DNA of 64,000 nt from an uncultured Gemmatimonadales bacterium. GTDB lineage: Bacteria > Gemmatimonadota > Gemmatimonadetes > Gemmatimonadales > GWC2-71-9. The position numbers and the translations under genes are program-made. Positions 20,057 to 30,237 of the stretch are shown here, in pieces. Each line of letters starts with the position of its first letter. The stretch's first letter is position 1. The notes under the pieces were generated by a model. It saw only the letters and a list, made by a program, of their open reading frames with translations, was not told the DNA's origin and did no database searches. The stretch lies in contig CAWJMT010000036.1 of the NCBI GenBank assembly GCA_963844035.1, positions 160,001-224,000 on the forward strand, read 5' to 3'.

Positions 20057-21070
20057 CAGACGGTCACCAGGTCCCGTCCGCAGGATCGCCCGCGGCGTGC
20101 GGAGCGCGACCCCCCAGATGATGCGCTGCACATCCAGCATTTCGGCGCGCAGCCGGAGCGCGTAGGTGAGCAGCGGGGCGGGCCCGAGCGGGTCGATCCG
20201 TCCGGTGCGAACGAGTGCGCGGATGCGGGCCCGCAGCAGGGCGGTCTCGAGCCCGGCGGAATCGCCGCTCGCCCGGGCGAACACCGGTCCGAAGGGCGTG
20301 TTCACGAGCGCCGCGGCAATGCGACGGCCCGCTCCCGTGGTCGAGCCTGCCGCACACGCTGCTTCGAACGCCGATTGCGACAAGGTGGCGTCCACCTTGA
20401 AGGAAGGCTTCCCCGGGGCTGATGTCTCTCCCCTCGCTCGCGAGCACCAGCGCCGTGTACCGCGTTCTCGAGATCGATCGCGTCGCGAACGTAGTCAGCC
20501 AGGAGGCCGGTGCCGCGTGCGGCGCGGCTCGCGCGGGCCGCGAACGTGCGGTTGACGAGCAACTCCAGGGTGAACAGGTCGGGCTGCGCGGCCGAGGCAG
20601 CGGCGAGCAGCACCGACCCGTACGGGTTGCGCCATGCGGTGAGCAGCGCCGCGACGGCCGCCGGTGTGGCCTGGTTCGCGAGCTCGCGCAGGGCACGCTC
20701 CGGCAGTGTGGGCGTCGGTACGAGGCCGGCCAACCGAGCCTCGGCGGGGGCGTGCTGCAGGCTGCCGCGCAGCAGCGCGCGCAGGCTGCGCCGGTCCTCA
20801 TCTTCGAACAGCACGGCCAGGATTGCGACGCGCGGGCCGCACCAGCGGGCGAGCAGTCGGAGCCGGTCCGCGGCCGCGCGGCGGAGCGCGAGCTCCAGCG
20901 CGGCGGGCGAGGCGGTGCCTTCTTCCAAGGGGTAGCCGTAGATGCCGCAGCGCCTCCCCGAGCGCCGCGGCGTCCGGGACCTGCGCCAGCATCGCCAGCT
21001 GCGGGCCACTCAGGAGGTGGGTGGCGAGACCACGCGCGCGGGCGTTCAGGTCTTCCCAGCGCACGGTCAT
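20056..21070 (-). CDS. ntpC: V/A-type ATP synthase subunit C (d), several frameshifts
   Basis: LNARARGLATHLLS, DAIDLEN, DPLGPAPLLTYALRLRAEMLDVQRIIWG; operon position. Confidence 0.82.
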
Positions 21071-21652
21071 GGTGTCGTGCCCAGTCGTCCGAGGACCTCG
21101 AGCGCGAGGTGCGGACGCAGCCGATCGAGCCGCGCCTCGAGCGTGTTGTCGGCCTCGACGGCGCCGTCGCTGGTGGCGACGATCACGCCGGCGCCGCCCC
21201 CGCCTCGCCCCGCACCGATACGTTCTGACGCGTCTGCGACCGCGGCCTGCACAGCGGGGACGAGGAGCACCGGGCAACGGATCAGGGCAGGCTCATCGCC
21301 GATGGCGCGCAGCCCCTGGTCCACGTGGTGGGGGAGCGCCGCGCGGTATGCATCGCTCGCGAGCGCCTCGGGGAGCCGGGCGCGCGCGGCGGCGAATACG
21401 CGCTCGAGCAGCCGCTCTCGGGCTTCGAGCACCGTCGCTGCGGCTCACCCGCCGTGCGTCGCCGAGCGCGGCCGCAGCGGCTCCCCGCAACTCCGTTTCG
21501 CGGGGTCCGAGTGCGTCACTCCGGCGCCGCGCCAGGCGCGCGTCGGTGTCGCGGGCGATTTCGGCGGCTTCGGCGCGCGCTGTGGCGAGCAGCGCCTCGG
21601 CCTGCGCCGTCGCTTCGCGCTCCAGTGCGGTGAGCAGATGCTCGAGGGGCAT
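21067..21652 (-). CDS. ntpE: V/A-type ATP synthase subunit E, frameshift near 21440
   Basis: MPLEHLLTALEREA coiled coil; C-terminal GVIVATSDGAVEADNTLEARL. Confidence 0.85.
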
Positions 21653-21662
21653 GGCTAGGGAG

Positions 21663-21752
21663 GCGCGAGTGAACTCGCGGCTCGGCACCTGCCCGTAAAC
21701 GGGCACGGCATGGCCGCTTCAGCGGCAGGGCCGAGCCGCGGCTTCAGCCGCG
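21663..21752. repeat. Multi-hairpin REP-like element, copy 1
   Basis: Palindromes CGCGAGT-GA-ACTCGCG, GCCCGT-AA-ACGGGC, CCGCT-TC-AGCGG, CGCGGCT-TC-AGCCGCG; first 40 nt match 53553-53592 at 38/40. Confidence 0.8.
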
Positions 21753-21770
21753 ACATTCGGGTCGACCAGT

Positions 21771-21992
21771 TCACGCCGTCTTCCCGAGCAGGATGAGCAC
21801 GGCGACCACGAACCCGAGAATGACCATCGTCTCAGGGATCGCAATCATCAGGATCGCCGTGGTGGAAAGCTCGGGCTTCTCGGCCATGCTCGCCGCGATG
21901 GCCGGTCCGATGCGGGACTGCGCCCACGCGGTTGCGAGCGCGGGGATCGCCACGGCGAGGGCCGCAGCCAGTACGGTAAACAGGACGTTCAT
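21771..21992 (-). CDS. ntpK: V/A-type ATP synthase proteolipid subunit K/c, single hairpin, 73 aa
   Basis: AWAQSRIG...AEKPE...IAIPETMVILGFVVA with carrier Glu; own SD (AGGAG) before ATG 21992. Confidence 0.92.
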   Translation of the reverse strand: MNVLFTVLAAALAVAIPALATAWAQSRIGPAIAASMAEKPELSTTAILMIAIPETMVILGFVVAVLILLGKTA

Positions 21993-22018
21993 ATAGACGC
22001 TCCTATCGAGGGCCGGTG

Positions 22019-23909
22019 CTACCGAACGTCGTGGGTCCAGCGCCCGAACGGCTCGTATCGAACGCCGCCCGGACTGTAGAACTTCCCGAAAAACTCCACG
22101 TAGTGCAGACGCAGCGCGTGAATCGTCGGGCTGAACAGCGCGATCGCGAAGTTGACGAAGTGAAACAGCAGGGCGAACACGATCGCCGACCGCGACGCTG
22201 CCGACCGACCCGACCATGCGATTCGCGACCACCGCGAGCATGACCGACGCGACGCCCAACGCCATGATACGGGCATAGCTCAGGATGTTGCCGATCGAGG
22301 TGAGCAGCTCGATCGGCGCGACCAGGCCCTCGAGCACGATCAGCACCGGGAAGGCCACGAGCAGGCCAATCGATGCCGGCGTGAAGAACGCCCGGGGGAG
22401 AACATCTACTGCGGCGAGCAGGGCCAGGATGATCAGCACGAGCATCAGCGCGGACAGCCCGCTGCCCAGCGCCGCGCGGGGGTGCCGCCGCAGGTTGCTC
22501 GCGACGCTCAGACCGAAGCCCAGCAGGATATGCACCGCCCCGATCGCGACGGCGAGCAGGAGGAAGGGGATCAGCGCTTCCTCGCGGTTGAATGCGATCG
22601 GCTGCATGCCGAACCAGCGATGTCCCAGGTCGCCGAAGAATTCCCCGAACAGAAAGCCCGCAATGATCGCAAAGAGCGCACAGGGTCCGATGATCTCGGA
22701 GACATTGCGCAGGAGCGACCCCGGCTTGGATCGGGCGTGCAGCAGGAGCCCGAGCACAGCGAGCACGAGCCCGTATCCCACGTCGCCCATCATCAGGCCG
22801 AAAAAGGCCGGAAAGAACACGGCGACGAAGGGAGTGGGGTCGATCGTGCCGTACCGCGGCAGCGGCATGATGCGGATCAGCGCCTCGAATGGGCGGAGCA
22901 GGCGCGGGTTTGCGAGCACCACGGGGGCGTCCTGCGATTCCCATTCTTCGCTCGACAACGCGCTCACGACGACATCGTCGCCGAACCCGGTGTGGATAGC
23001 CGTCTCCAGGTCCTTGCGGGCGCGCGCCGGTACGAACCCCTCGAGCACGAATGCGCGCGCCGTCACCCCGGAGAGCGGCAGGACGCCGAGCTCCTGTAGC
23101 CGGTCGTGCAGGCCGGCCCGCGCGCGCCGCAGCTCGCCGCCAAGCTCCCGGGCGAGGCCCTCGCGCTCGCGCCGCACCTTCTCCTGTTCCTGCGGGATCT
23201 CCCCCAGGCGGGCGAGCATCCGGGGAATCGCGTCCGTCAGAGACGCGCCGCCATAGGCCGCAGGAATGGGGATTTCTTCAACCCGCGCTTCGGCCATGAG
23301 GCGCTCCACACTGCCTGCCGCCCGCGCCGACACCACGACCAACAGCGCGGTCTCACCGGTCGGAAGCGGCTGCGTATAGAGCTGATACTCGTCCCCGATC
23401 ACCGCCGTCAGACTTGTCCGCAGTTTGCGCAGCGACTCCGTGTCGCCGTGTTTCAAGAGCACGTGGTACGCGGTGGCGTTCGGCCACCGCGCCTCGCTCT
23501 CGAGCGACGCTCTGAACGCGGAGAAGAAGTGCTGATACTTGAGGATGAGGGCGCGCTCCTCCTCGAGCGCGGTGGCTTGCGTCTTGAGCCGCTCGGCGGC
23601 GCGGCGCGCCCGCCACGCGAGCCGGGCCCAGCGCGCGAAGTCGGTCGTCGTCGGGGCGGACCCGCGGGGTGCGGCCCCCGACCCAGCCGGGAGGCCCAGC
23701 TCCGCCATCGCGTGCTCGACGTCCTCGATCGCCGCGATCAGATGGCGGCGCTCGCGTTGCTGCTCCGCCGAGAGTTGCAGGGCGGTGAGCGGCTGCCCGG
23801 CGGTGGGCGCCGCCAGGTGGAGAATGCCGAGGTCTTGCAGGGCGCGCAGTACGGCGGGCAGGCGCTCGCGGGGGCCGAGTATCCGCACCTTCGACATTTT
23901 GATGATCAC
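22019..23909 (-). CDS. ntpI: V/A-type ATP synthase subunit I (a), frameshift near 22190
   Basis: MSKVRILG, PRYGTIDPTPF, GDVGYG, GNILSYARIMALG, and in another frame IHALRLHYVEFFGKFY. Confidence 0.93.
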
Positions 23910-24274
23910 GCCCCAACTCCGATCGCGCGCTCCACGACGTAGCGTGCCAGGGCGTCGATCTGTTCGGGGCCGGTCTGGTCAAAACGCAACGCGTCGCGCC
24001 GCGCCGCCTCCATGACCTCCTGCTCCTGTCGTTGCCGCTCGGCCTCGATCGTTGCCTCGAGTTCGCGACAGATCGCGTCGATACTGGCTACCAGGGCGGC
24101 CTCGCGTGCCGCCGCAGCCTCCTGCGCGGTGGTGATCAGTCCCGCTGCTTGCGCCCGCGCGCGGCACAGCATCTCCTCGAGCCGGGCCTCGGCATCGAGC
24201 AGTCGCGACAAGTCCGCAGCCCCCTCAGAGGGAGCGGACGGGCTCGACTGCTTGCTCTGCGAACGACGGATCAC
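23906..24274 (-). CDS. V/A-type ATP synthase subunit G/H (peripheral stalk); start uncertain
   Basis: Ala/Glu/Arg-rich coiled coil (LLDAEARLEEML..ARAQA), first gene of the operon, overlaps ntpI start. Confidence 0.65.
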   Translation of the reverse strand: MIRRSQSKQSSPSAPSEGAADLSRLLDAEARLEEMLCRARAQAAGLITTAQEAAAAREAALVASIDAICRELEATIEAERQRQEQEVMEAARRDALRFDQTGPEQIDALARYVVERAIGVGA

Positions 24275-24368
24275 CAGAATGTGCTCCGGTGCGGTGTGTG
24301 ACTACAGTCTCGCTGGAAGCGAGTCGGGCAAGAGTGAAGAAGACAGAAAGATTCCTTCATGCGGGTAC

Positions 24369-25259
24369 ATGACCGTATCGCGGCGTGACGTCTGGGTACG
24401 GATGCTCCTGTACCCGCGCCATACGCTGCCGACGGCGGCGGCGCCGGTGCTCGTCGCCCTGGGGCTCGCGCGGCGTGACGGCATGACGGCGTGGTGTCCC
24501 GCGCTGGCGGCGTTCGTCGCGGGGTGGCTGGTGCAGCTCGGCGGCGTCATCGCCGACAACTACTTCAACCTCACCCGCCATCCCGAAGATCGCGAGCATG
24601 CGCTCTTCGTGCAGGCGCTCAATGCGGGTGTGGTGAGCCTGTTGGAGCTCCGGCGTGCAATCTGGGCCTGCTACGCCGGGGCGGCGGTGGTGGGCCTTTA
24701 CCTCATCTCCGTAGGTGGCCTGCCGGTGCTCGTTGTGGGGCTCGCGAGCATCGTCGCGAGCCTGGCCTACTCGGCCGGCCCCCGCCCGCTCGGCGACAAC
24801 GGCCTGGGGGATCCGCTGTTCTTCTTGTTCTTCGGCATCGTGTCCGTGACGGCCACCTACTACGTGCAGGCGGGCGCCGTAACGCACCTCGCGCTCGTCG
24901 CGAGCCTGCCGGTCGGGGCCCTGACCACGAACATCCTCGTCATCGACAACATCCGCGATCTGGAGCACGACCGCGCGAAGAACGAGCGCACCCTTGCCGT
25001 GCTCATCGGGCCGCGCTGGAGTCGGGCGGAGTATCTCGTGCTGCTTGCGATCGGGTACGCGATCCCGCTCTGGATGTGGCTCGATTGGGGGGTGGGGCGC
25101 CTCGTGTTGCTTCCGCTGTTGTCGATCCCGTATGCGGTGGTGGTCGCGCGGCGGGTGCTGCGCGCGCGGACCCACGACGAGATGATTCCCCTGACCCCGC
25201 AGGCGGGACAGGTCCTGCTCGCGTACTGCGTTCTATTCGGGGTCGGCCTCGCCGCCTGA
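24369..25259 (+). CDS. menA: MenA-like DHNA prenyltransferase (UbiA family), paralog 1
   Basis: PRHTLPTAAAPV, YSAGPRPLGDNGLGD, DNIRDLEHDRAKNERTLAVLIG; multiple TM helices. Confidence 0.82.
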   Translation: MTVSRRDVWVRMLLYPRHTLPTAAAPVLVALGLARRDGMTAWCPALAAFVAGWLVQLGGVIADNYFNLTRHPEDREHALFVQALNAGVVSLLELRRAIWACYAGAAVVGLYLISVGGLPVLVVGLASIVASLAYSAGPRPLGDNGLGDPLFFLFFGIVSVTATYYVQAGAVTHLALVASLPVGALTTNILVIDNIRDLEHDRAKNERTLAVLIGPRWSRAEYLVLLAIGYAIPLWMWLDWGVGRLVLLPLLSIPYAVVVARRVLRARTHDEMIPLTPQAGQVLLAYCVLFGVGLAA

Positions 25260-25266
25260 CCGGGCC

Positions 25267-26352
25267 TTACGCGCCGTCACGGCGGGGGTAGTCCGTGTAA
25301 CCCCGCGCGTCCCCACCATAGAACGTGCTCGGATCGGGCTGGGTAAGGGGGGCGCCCGCGGCGAATCGCTCGGGGAGATCGGGGTTGGCGATGAACGGCC
25401 GCCCGAACGCGACGAGGTCCGCGGCGCCGCTCGCGACCGCGCCGTCGGCTGACTCCTTCTTGTAGCCACCGTTCGCGATCAGCGGGCCCCGGAATCGAGC
25501 ACGGAGTAACGGCGTGATCGGGGGTGCGGGGACCGCTGGTTCGAGCGGCTCGAACACGTGGAGGTACCCAAGGCCGAAGCCGTTGAGCGCGGCGGCCGCG
25601 TGTCCGAAGGTGGCCGCGGGGTCGCTGTCTGCCATGTCGTGCAAGGGACTGGCGGGCGAGAGCTGAATCCCCACGCGTCCTTCCCCCCATGCCTCACACA
25701 CCGCCTGCGTCACCTCGAGCAAGAATCGCACGCGGTGCTCGACCGGTCCGCCGTATGCGTCCGTGCGGCGATTCGATCCGTCACGCAGGAACTGGTCGAT
25801 CACGTATCCCTGCGCTGCGTGCAGCTCGACGCCGTCGAAGGCGGCGTCGTGGGCGAGGCGCGCGGCGCGCGCGAACTCCCCCACGATGTCTCTGATCTCA
25901 CCGAGATCGAGCGCGTGCGGCACGACGAAGGGTTGACGACCCAGCGGGGTTGCGATTGTGCCGGCCGGCGCGATGGCGGACGGGCCGGCCGGCGAAACGC
26001 CATCGGGAAGCACCGCCGGGTGCGTCGCCCGGCCGGCGTGCCAGAGCTGCAGGAATATCCGACCGCCGCGGTCGTGCACTGCGTCGGTGACCTGCCGCCA
26101 CGCGCGGGCATGGGCGTCGCTGTAAATCCCCGGGGCTCCCTCGGATCCGATGCCACGAGGCGAGATCCACGTGGCCTCCGTAATGATCACCCCCGCCGAG
26201 GCGCGTTGCGCGTAGTACTTCGCCATGAGGGGCGTGGCGAGACCGCCCGCCGCGGCGCGGCGGCGGCTCATTGGTGCCATGACGACGCGGTTGGGCAACT
26301 CGAGGGGCCCGAGCTGGACGGGGGAGAGGACGCCAGGAGGGGACGGGGTCAT
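25267..26352 (-). CDS. Old yellow enzyme / alkene reductase (NemA-like)
   Basis: NRVVMAPMSR, FLQLWHAGR, FDGVELHAAQGY, SNRRTDAYGG, AFGRPFIANPDL, GYTDYP. Confidence 0.93.
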   Translation of the reverse strand: MTPSPPGVLSPVQLGPLELPNRVVMAPMSRRRAAAGGLATPLMAKYYAQRASAGVIITEATWISPRGIGSEGAPGIYSDAHARAWRQVTDAVHDRGGRIFLQLWHAGRATHPAVLPDGVSPAGPSAIAPAGTIATPLGRQPFVVPHALDLGEIRDIVGEFARAARLAHDAAFDGVELHAAQGYVIDQFLRDGSNRRTDAYGGPVEHRVRFLLEVTQAVCEAWGEGRVGIQLSPASPLHDMADSDPAATFGHAAAALNGFGLGYLHVFEPLEPAVPAPPITPLLRARFRGPLIANGGYKKESADGAVASGAADLVAFGRPFIANPDLPERFAAGAPLTQPDPSTFYGGDARGYTDYPRRDGA

Positions 26353-26475
26353 GGACGGCAAGATGCACGATATCGCGATTGTCCGTCACCCTGAGGCACC
26401 CCTCATACCACCTTTAGGCCACGTTCAGCACCGCCTTCCTACATATGGACACGTCATCCAACTGCCAGGTGTCCC

Positions 26476-27648
26476 ATGCTGATCGATCGGTATCTCCCGC
26501 GCTTCGACGTAACCCAGATCTGCGAGGTGAGGGTTGACGCCCCACCCGATGTGACCTACCGCGCCATTCGCGAGGCGGACCTGAGCGATCCACTCGTCAA
26601 CGCGCTGTTCGCGATCCGTGAGTTTCCCCTCCGCATGGCGCGCCGGTGGCGCGGCGTGGCGGCCCCGCCGGCACCCGCGAAGGTGATGTTCGGAACCATG
26701 ATCACCGCGGGGCCGGGGTGGGTGCTGTTGGCCGAGGAGCCCGGTGTTGAATTCGTGGTCGGATCGGTTGGCCGGTTCTGGCGGCGGGACTACGGTGGCC
26801 GGCCGTTCCAGACCGATGAGTTCGTCACGTTTCACGAGCCGGGGTACGCGAAGTTGGCGATCACCTTTTCGGTCCAGCGCGCCGCGACCGGTGGGACGAT
26901 GCTTCGCTACGAAGCGCGGACCGCTACCACAGATGCGGCGGCGCGGCGGACGTTCCAGCGGTACTGGCGCGTCATTCGTCCCGGCGTCGCGTTGGTGATG
27001 TGGCGCGCGCTGCGGAGCATCAAGCTCGAAGCGGAGCGGCGGGCGGGCAAACCGGCGCCGTCTCACGCCGGGTGGCTCGATACGGTAAACCCGGTGCGCG
27101 CGACGCCTGTCGAGCGAAACCGGTCGCTACCAGGCGATCAGCTGATTCCGGAGGCGATCGGCTCGTTCACCCACGCCATCACCGTGAAATGCGAGCGACG
27201 GGATCTGTGGCCCTGGCTGGCGCAAATGGGTGCGGGCCGCGCCGGCTGGTACAGTTACGACTTCATCGACAACGGCCACGAACCCAGCGCCATGGAGGTC
27301 CGGCCGGACCTGCAGCAGATCGGGGTCGGGACTCTCTTCCCCGGGCTGCCGGGCGTGCAGGATGGGTTCCGCGTCGTGGAGTGTGAGCGGGAGCGGGCGC
27401 TCGTCCTCGGCTGGCCGTCGCCCGACGGCTCTTACGGGTCCACATGGGCGTTCGTGCTCGAGGATGCCGGACCGGGTTGCACCCGGCTGATTGCGCGCGC
27501 TCGTGGCGCCCATGGCTATCAGTTCCACCATCTGCCGCTGTGGCTCATCAAGGCGGGGCACTACGTCATGCAACGCAAGCAGCTGCGTGGGCTCGCGTGG
27601 CGGGCCGAGCACCGCACGCCCCCCGTGCCTCTGGAGACATGCGCTTGA
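26476..27648 (+). CDS. Hypothetical two-domain protein (DUF2867/SRPBCC-like)
   Basis: N-domain LIDRYLPRFD...EARTATTDAAARRTFQRYW; C-domain THAIT..LWPWLAQMGAGRAGWYSYD...STWAFVL. Confidence 0.7.
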   Translation: MLIDRYLPRFDVTQICEVRVDAPPDVTYRAIREADLSDPLVNALFAIREFPLRMARRWRGVAAPPAPAKVMFGTMITAGPGWVLLAEEPGVEFVVGSVGRFWRRDYGGRPFQTDEFVTFHEPGYAKLAITFSVQRAATGGTMLRYEARTATTDAAARRTFQRYWRVIRPGVALVMWRALRSIKLEAERRAGKPAPSHAGWLDTVNPVRATPVERNRSLPGDQLIPEAIGSFTHAITVKCERRDLWPWLAQMGAGRAGWYSYDFIDNGHEPSAMEVRPDLQQIGVGTLFPGLPGVQDGFRVVECERERALVLGWPSPDGSYGSTWAFVLEDAGPGCTRLIARARGAHGYQFHHLPLWLIKAGHYVMQRKQLRGLAWRAEHRTPPVPLETCA

Positions 27649-28355
27649 CGTCGCGTCATCGGATTCGCTCAGCCGCCTCCTGGCTCGGCGTTGGGATCGC
27701 GCTCACCGCGGCGACATACGCGGCGTATGCCGCGGTCGCGTGGCTGCGGTACGGCACTCCGTCGCAGCCGGCCCGGCCGGAAGATGCGGACGCGCTGCTC
27801 GATCGGTTCATTCCTTCTTATGAGGTGGCCGAGCGCCACCACGTGCGGGTTGCCGCGCCGGGCACGATCGTCCTCGGTGCGGCGAAGGACATGGACCTGC
27901 TGCATGCGCCCCTCGCGCGGTGGATCTTCCGCGGGCGGGAGCTCGCGATGGGCAGCACACCCGACACTCAAGTGCGGCCGCGGGAGCTGCTGCCGCTGGT
28001 GCAGTCGCTCGGGTGGGGCATCCTCGCCGAAGTCCCCGGGCGGGAAGTGGTGGTAGGCGCGGTCACGCAGCCGTGGGAGGCGAACGTGGTATTTCGGTCT
28101 CTTCCCCCCAACGAGTTCGCGGCATTCAACGAGCCGGGGTGGGTGAAGATCGTGTGGACGCTACGCGCCGATCCGCTCGGGGCGGATGAGTCCGTCTTCC
28201 GTACGGAAACGCGCGTCGCCACCACCGATCGCGAGGCCCGTGCCAGGTTCCGCCGCTATTGGGCATTCGTCTCGGCCGGGATCGTTCTGATCCGGTGGAT
28301 GATGCTCGAGCCACTCAAGGCCGAGGCCGAGCGCCGGGCGGTGGCGCACCCGTGA
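27639..28355 (+). CDS. Membrane-anchored paralog of the preceding N-domain
   Basis: TM helix, then LLDRFIPSYE...ETRVATTDREARARFRRYW; overlaps upstream stop. Confidence 0.72.
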   Translation: MRLTSRHRIRSAASWLGVGIALTAATYAAYAAVAWLRYGTPSQPARPEDADALLDRFIPSYEVAERHHVRVAAPGTIVLGAAKDMDLLHAPLARWIFRGRELAMGSTPDTQVRPRELLPLVQSLGWGILAEVPGREVVVGAVTQPWEANVVFRSLPPNEFAAFNEPGWVKIVWTLRADPLGADESVFRTETRVATTDREARARFRRYWAFVSAGIVLIRWMMLEPLKAEAERRAVAHP

Positions 28356-29269
28356 AGCGCGCGAGCGAGTTGTGGCTGTCGGTGCTGATCGTCGTGCTCG
28401 GCGTGCCCGTTCATCTCACCGGCTTGCTTGTCCCGACGATTTACCGCGACCCGGCCGTGCTCTTGCCGCAGAACCTGGGCACGGACCTGGTCACTCTGCT
28501 GGTCGGTCTCCCGCTGCTCGCCGCTTCAACAGTCGGCATGCGCGCGGGGTCGCTGCGCGCCCGCATCCTCTGGCTGGGCGCCCTCGGACTGTTGGTCTAC
28601 GTCTACGGGATGTATGCGCTGGGGGTCTGGTGGAACGAGCTGTTCCTCGTCTACGTCGCGCTGTTCGGTCTCTCGCTGTTCGCGTTGATCATCGGGCTCG
28701 TGAGCACGGACGCGGTGCGGATTCGCGCCGGCTTCGTCATGCAGGCCCCGGTACGGTCGGTGGCCGCGTACCTGATCGCGATCGCAGGTATGGTGGCAGC
28801 GATGTGGCTTGCGGAAGAAGTGGGTGCGCTGCTGCGCAGCACGGTGCCGCCGACGGTGCTGCAATTCGAGGCCCCCACGAACATCGTTCACGTGTTCGAC
28901 CTGGGTCTAGTCCTGCCCGCCATGGTCCTCGCCGCCCTGATGCTCCTGCGGGACCAGCCGTGGGGTTACGTGCTGGCGGGGATGCTGCTCGTCAAGGCGG
29001 CATCCATCGGCCTCTGGGTGGTGGCCATGATCTGGTTCTCCGCTCGACAGGGGTTCGGCGCGCCCGCCGCGTACACAGGGTTCTTCGTGTTGTTGACCAT
29101 CGCCGGCGGCATACTGAGCTGGCGCTTCTTGCGCGCGCTCAAGCCGCTCCGAACGCCGTGTCGCCGCTCGCTTCTCTCACCCTCCATCGAGCGAGGACCC
29201 ACCAATGACCACTGCAACCGCCGCGATGCGCCCTCCAGGCGCTTGGGCGCAGGATCCGCCCCTGGATAG
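28352..29269 (+). CDS. Hypothetical polytopic membrane protein; 3' end uncertain
   Basis: About 7-8 hydrophobic segments (GTDLVTL, WNELFLVYVALF, VHVFDLG); GTGA overlap at start. Confidence 0.7.
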   Translation: MKRASELWLSVLIVVLGVPVHLTGLLVPTIYRDPAVLLPQNLGTDLVTLLVGLPLLAASTVGMRAGSLRARILWLGALGLLVYVYGMYALGVWWNELFLVYVALFGLSLFALIIGLVSTDAVRIRAGFVMQAPVRSVAAYLIAIAGMVAAMWLAEEVGALLRSTVPPTVLQFEAPTNIVHVFDLGLVLPAMVLAALMLLRDQPWGYVLAGMLLVKAASIGLWVVAMIWFSARQGFGAPAAYTGFFVLLTIAGGILSWRFLRALKPLRTPCRRSLLSPSIERGPTNDHCNRRDAPSRRLGAGSAPG

Positions 29270-30182
29270 ACCTTCAGGAGCTGCCGAAGCATCTCGCCAA
29301 CGTGCTCCCGTTCCTGCTCGGCACAACGCTCGCGTACTGGCAGGCCGGGCGAATCGACTGGCTGGTGTTCGGCGTGGCATTGGTCGCGCTGTTCCTGCTC
29401 ACCGACGGCACGTACATCGCCAACGAGTACTTCGACTACGAGAACGACAAGCTGAACGTCGGCCGCATCGGCGGCGCCGACGCGGTGGGCGTGACGACGA
29501 CCGGTGGGACGCGCGTGCTCGTCAAGGGACTGATCCCGCGGCGGCACGCGCTCATCGCCGCCGTGAGTCGCGTTCCTCCTGGCGATCCCCGTCGGGTTGT
29601 TTCTCCGGTTCGGACTCGGCACCGGTCCGCTGACGATTCCGCTTGGGCGTGCTGGCGGTCTTCATCGGCTGGTTCTATACCGCTCCACCGATCAAGGCAT
29701 GCTACCGCGGCTTCGGCGAAATCTTCATTGCGGTGGGGCAGGGGCTCGTGGTGTTCGGCGCGTACTACGTGCAGCTCGGGTTTAGCACTCTGCCGTTGAT
29801 CGTGTCGTTGTCCTGGTTCATTGCGCTTCCGGCCCTCAAGATCATCCGTGAGTTCCCGGACTACGACGCCGATCGCGCCACCGGCAAACGCGGTCTGACG
29901 CTCCGGTTCGGCCGCGAGCGAATGGCCGTCGTGTACGACATCCTCATCGTCCTGGCGGTGCTGGCGTTCATCCCGACGTATTTCGTGCTGCGGTCACCCG
30001 CGTATTGGGCGGTACTGCTGCCGGCGTACTTCCTGCTGCGCAGTGTGCGCCTGACCATGGCGGGGGGCTGGCGTGTGCCGGACCGACTGGAGGCGGGCGC
30101 GGCGGCAGGATTCATCGGCATGCTGCTCATGCCGCTGGCGCTGACGGCCGCGTTCCTGGGTGCTGCGGTGCTGGGGCGGTGA
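29205..30182 (+). CDS. MenA/UbiA-family prenyltransferase, paralog 2, several frameshifts
   Basis: VLPFLLG, ANEYFDYEND, GWFYTAPPIK.CYRGFGE, REFPDYDADRATGKRGL across ORFs 29302, 29597 and 29643. Confidence 0.8.
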
Positions 30183-30237
30183 GTACCCGATCGTTCCTCA
30201 TCAGCACATCCGCACAATCACCCGGCCAGCAGCAGCA

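Noticed and set aside
21771..21992. Na+-coupled ATP synthase call from the Q...ET motif
   Set aside because: The Tyr ligand is missing and the H+-coupled Thermus subunit has the same partial motif.
21771..23909. Apparent fusion of ATPase subunits I and K
   Set aside because: The conserved subunit I end (RLHYVEFF) is in another frame ending at 22019, and K has its own SD and ATG; a frameshift artefact.
24296..24312. TGTGA-N6-TCTCG CRP/FNR-like site between the ATPase operon and menA
   Set aside because: Only one good half-site; no convincing FNR or CRP box was found elsewhere in the window.
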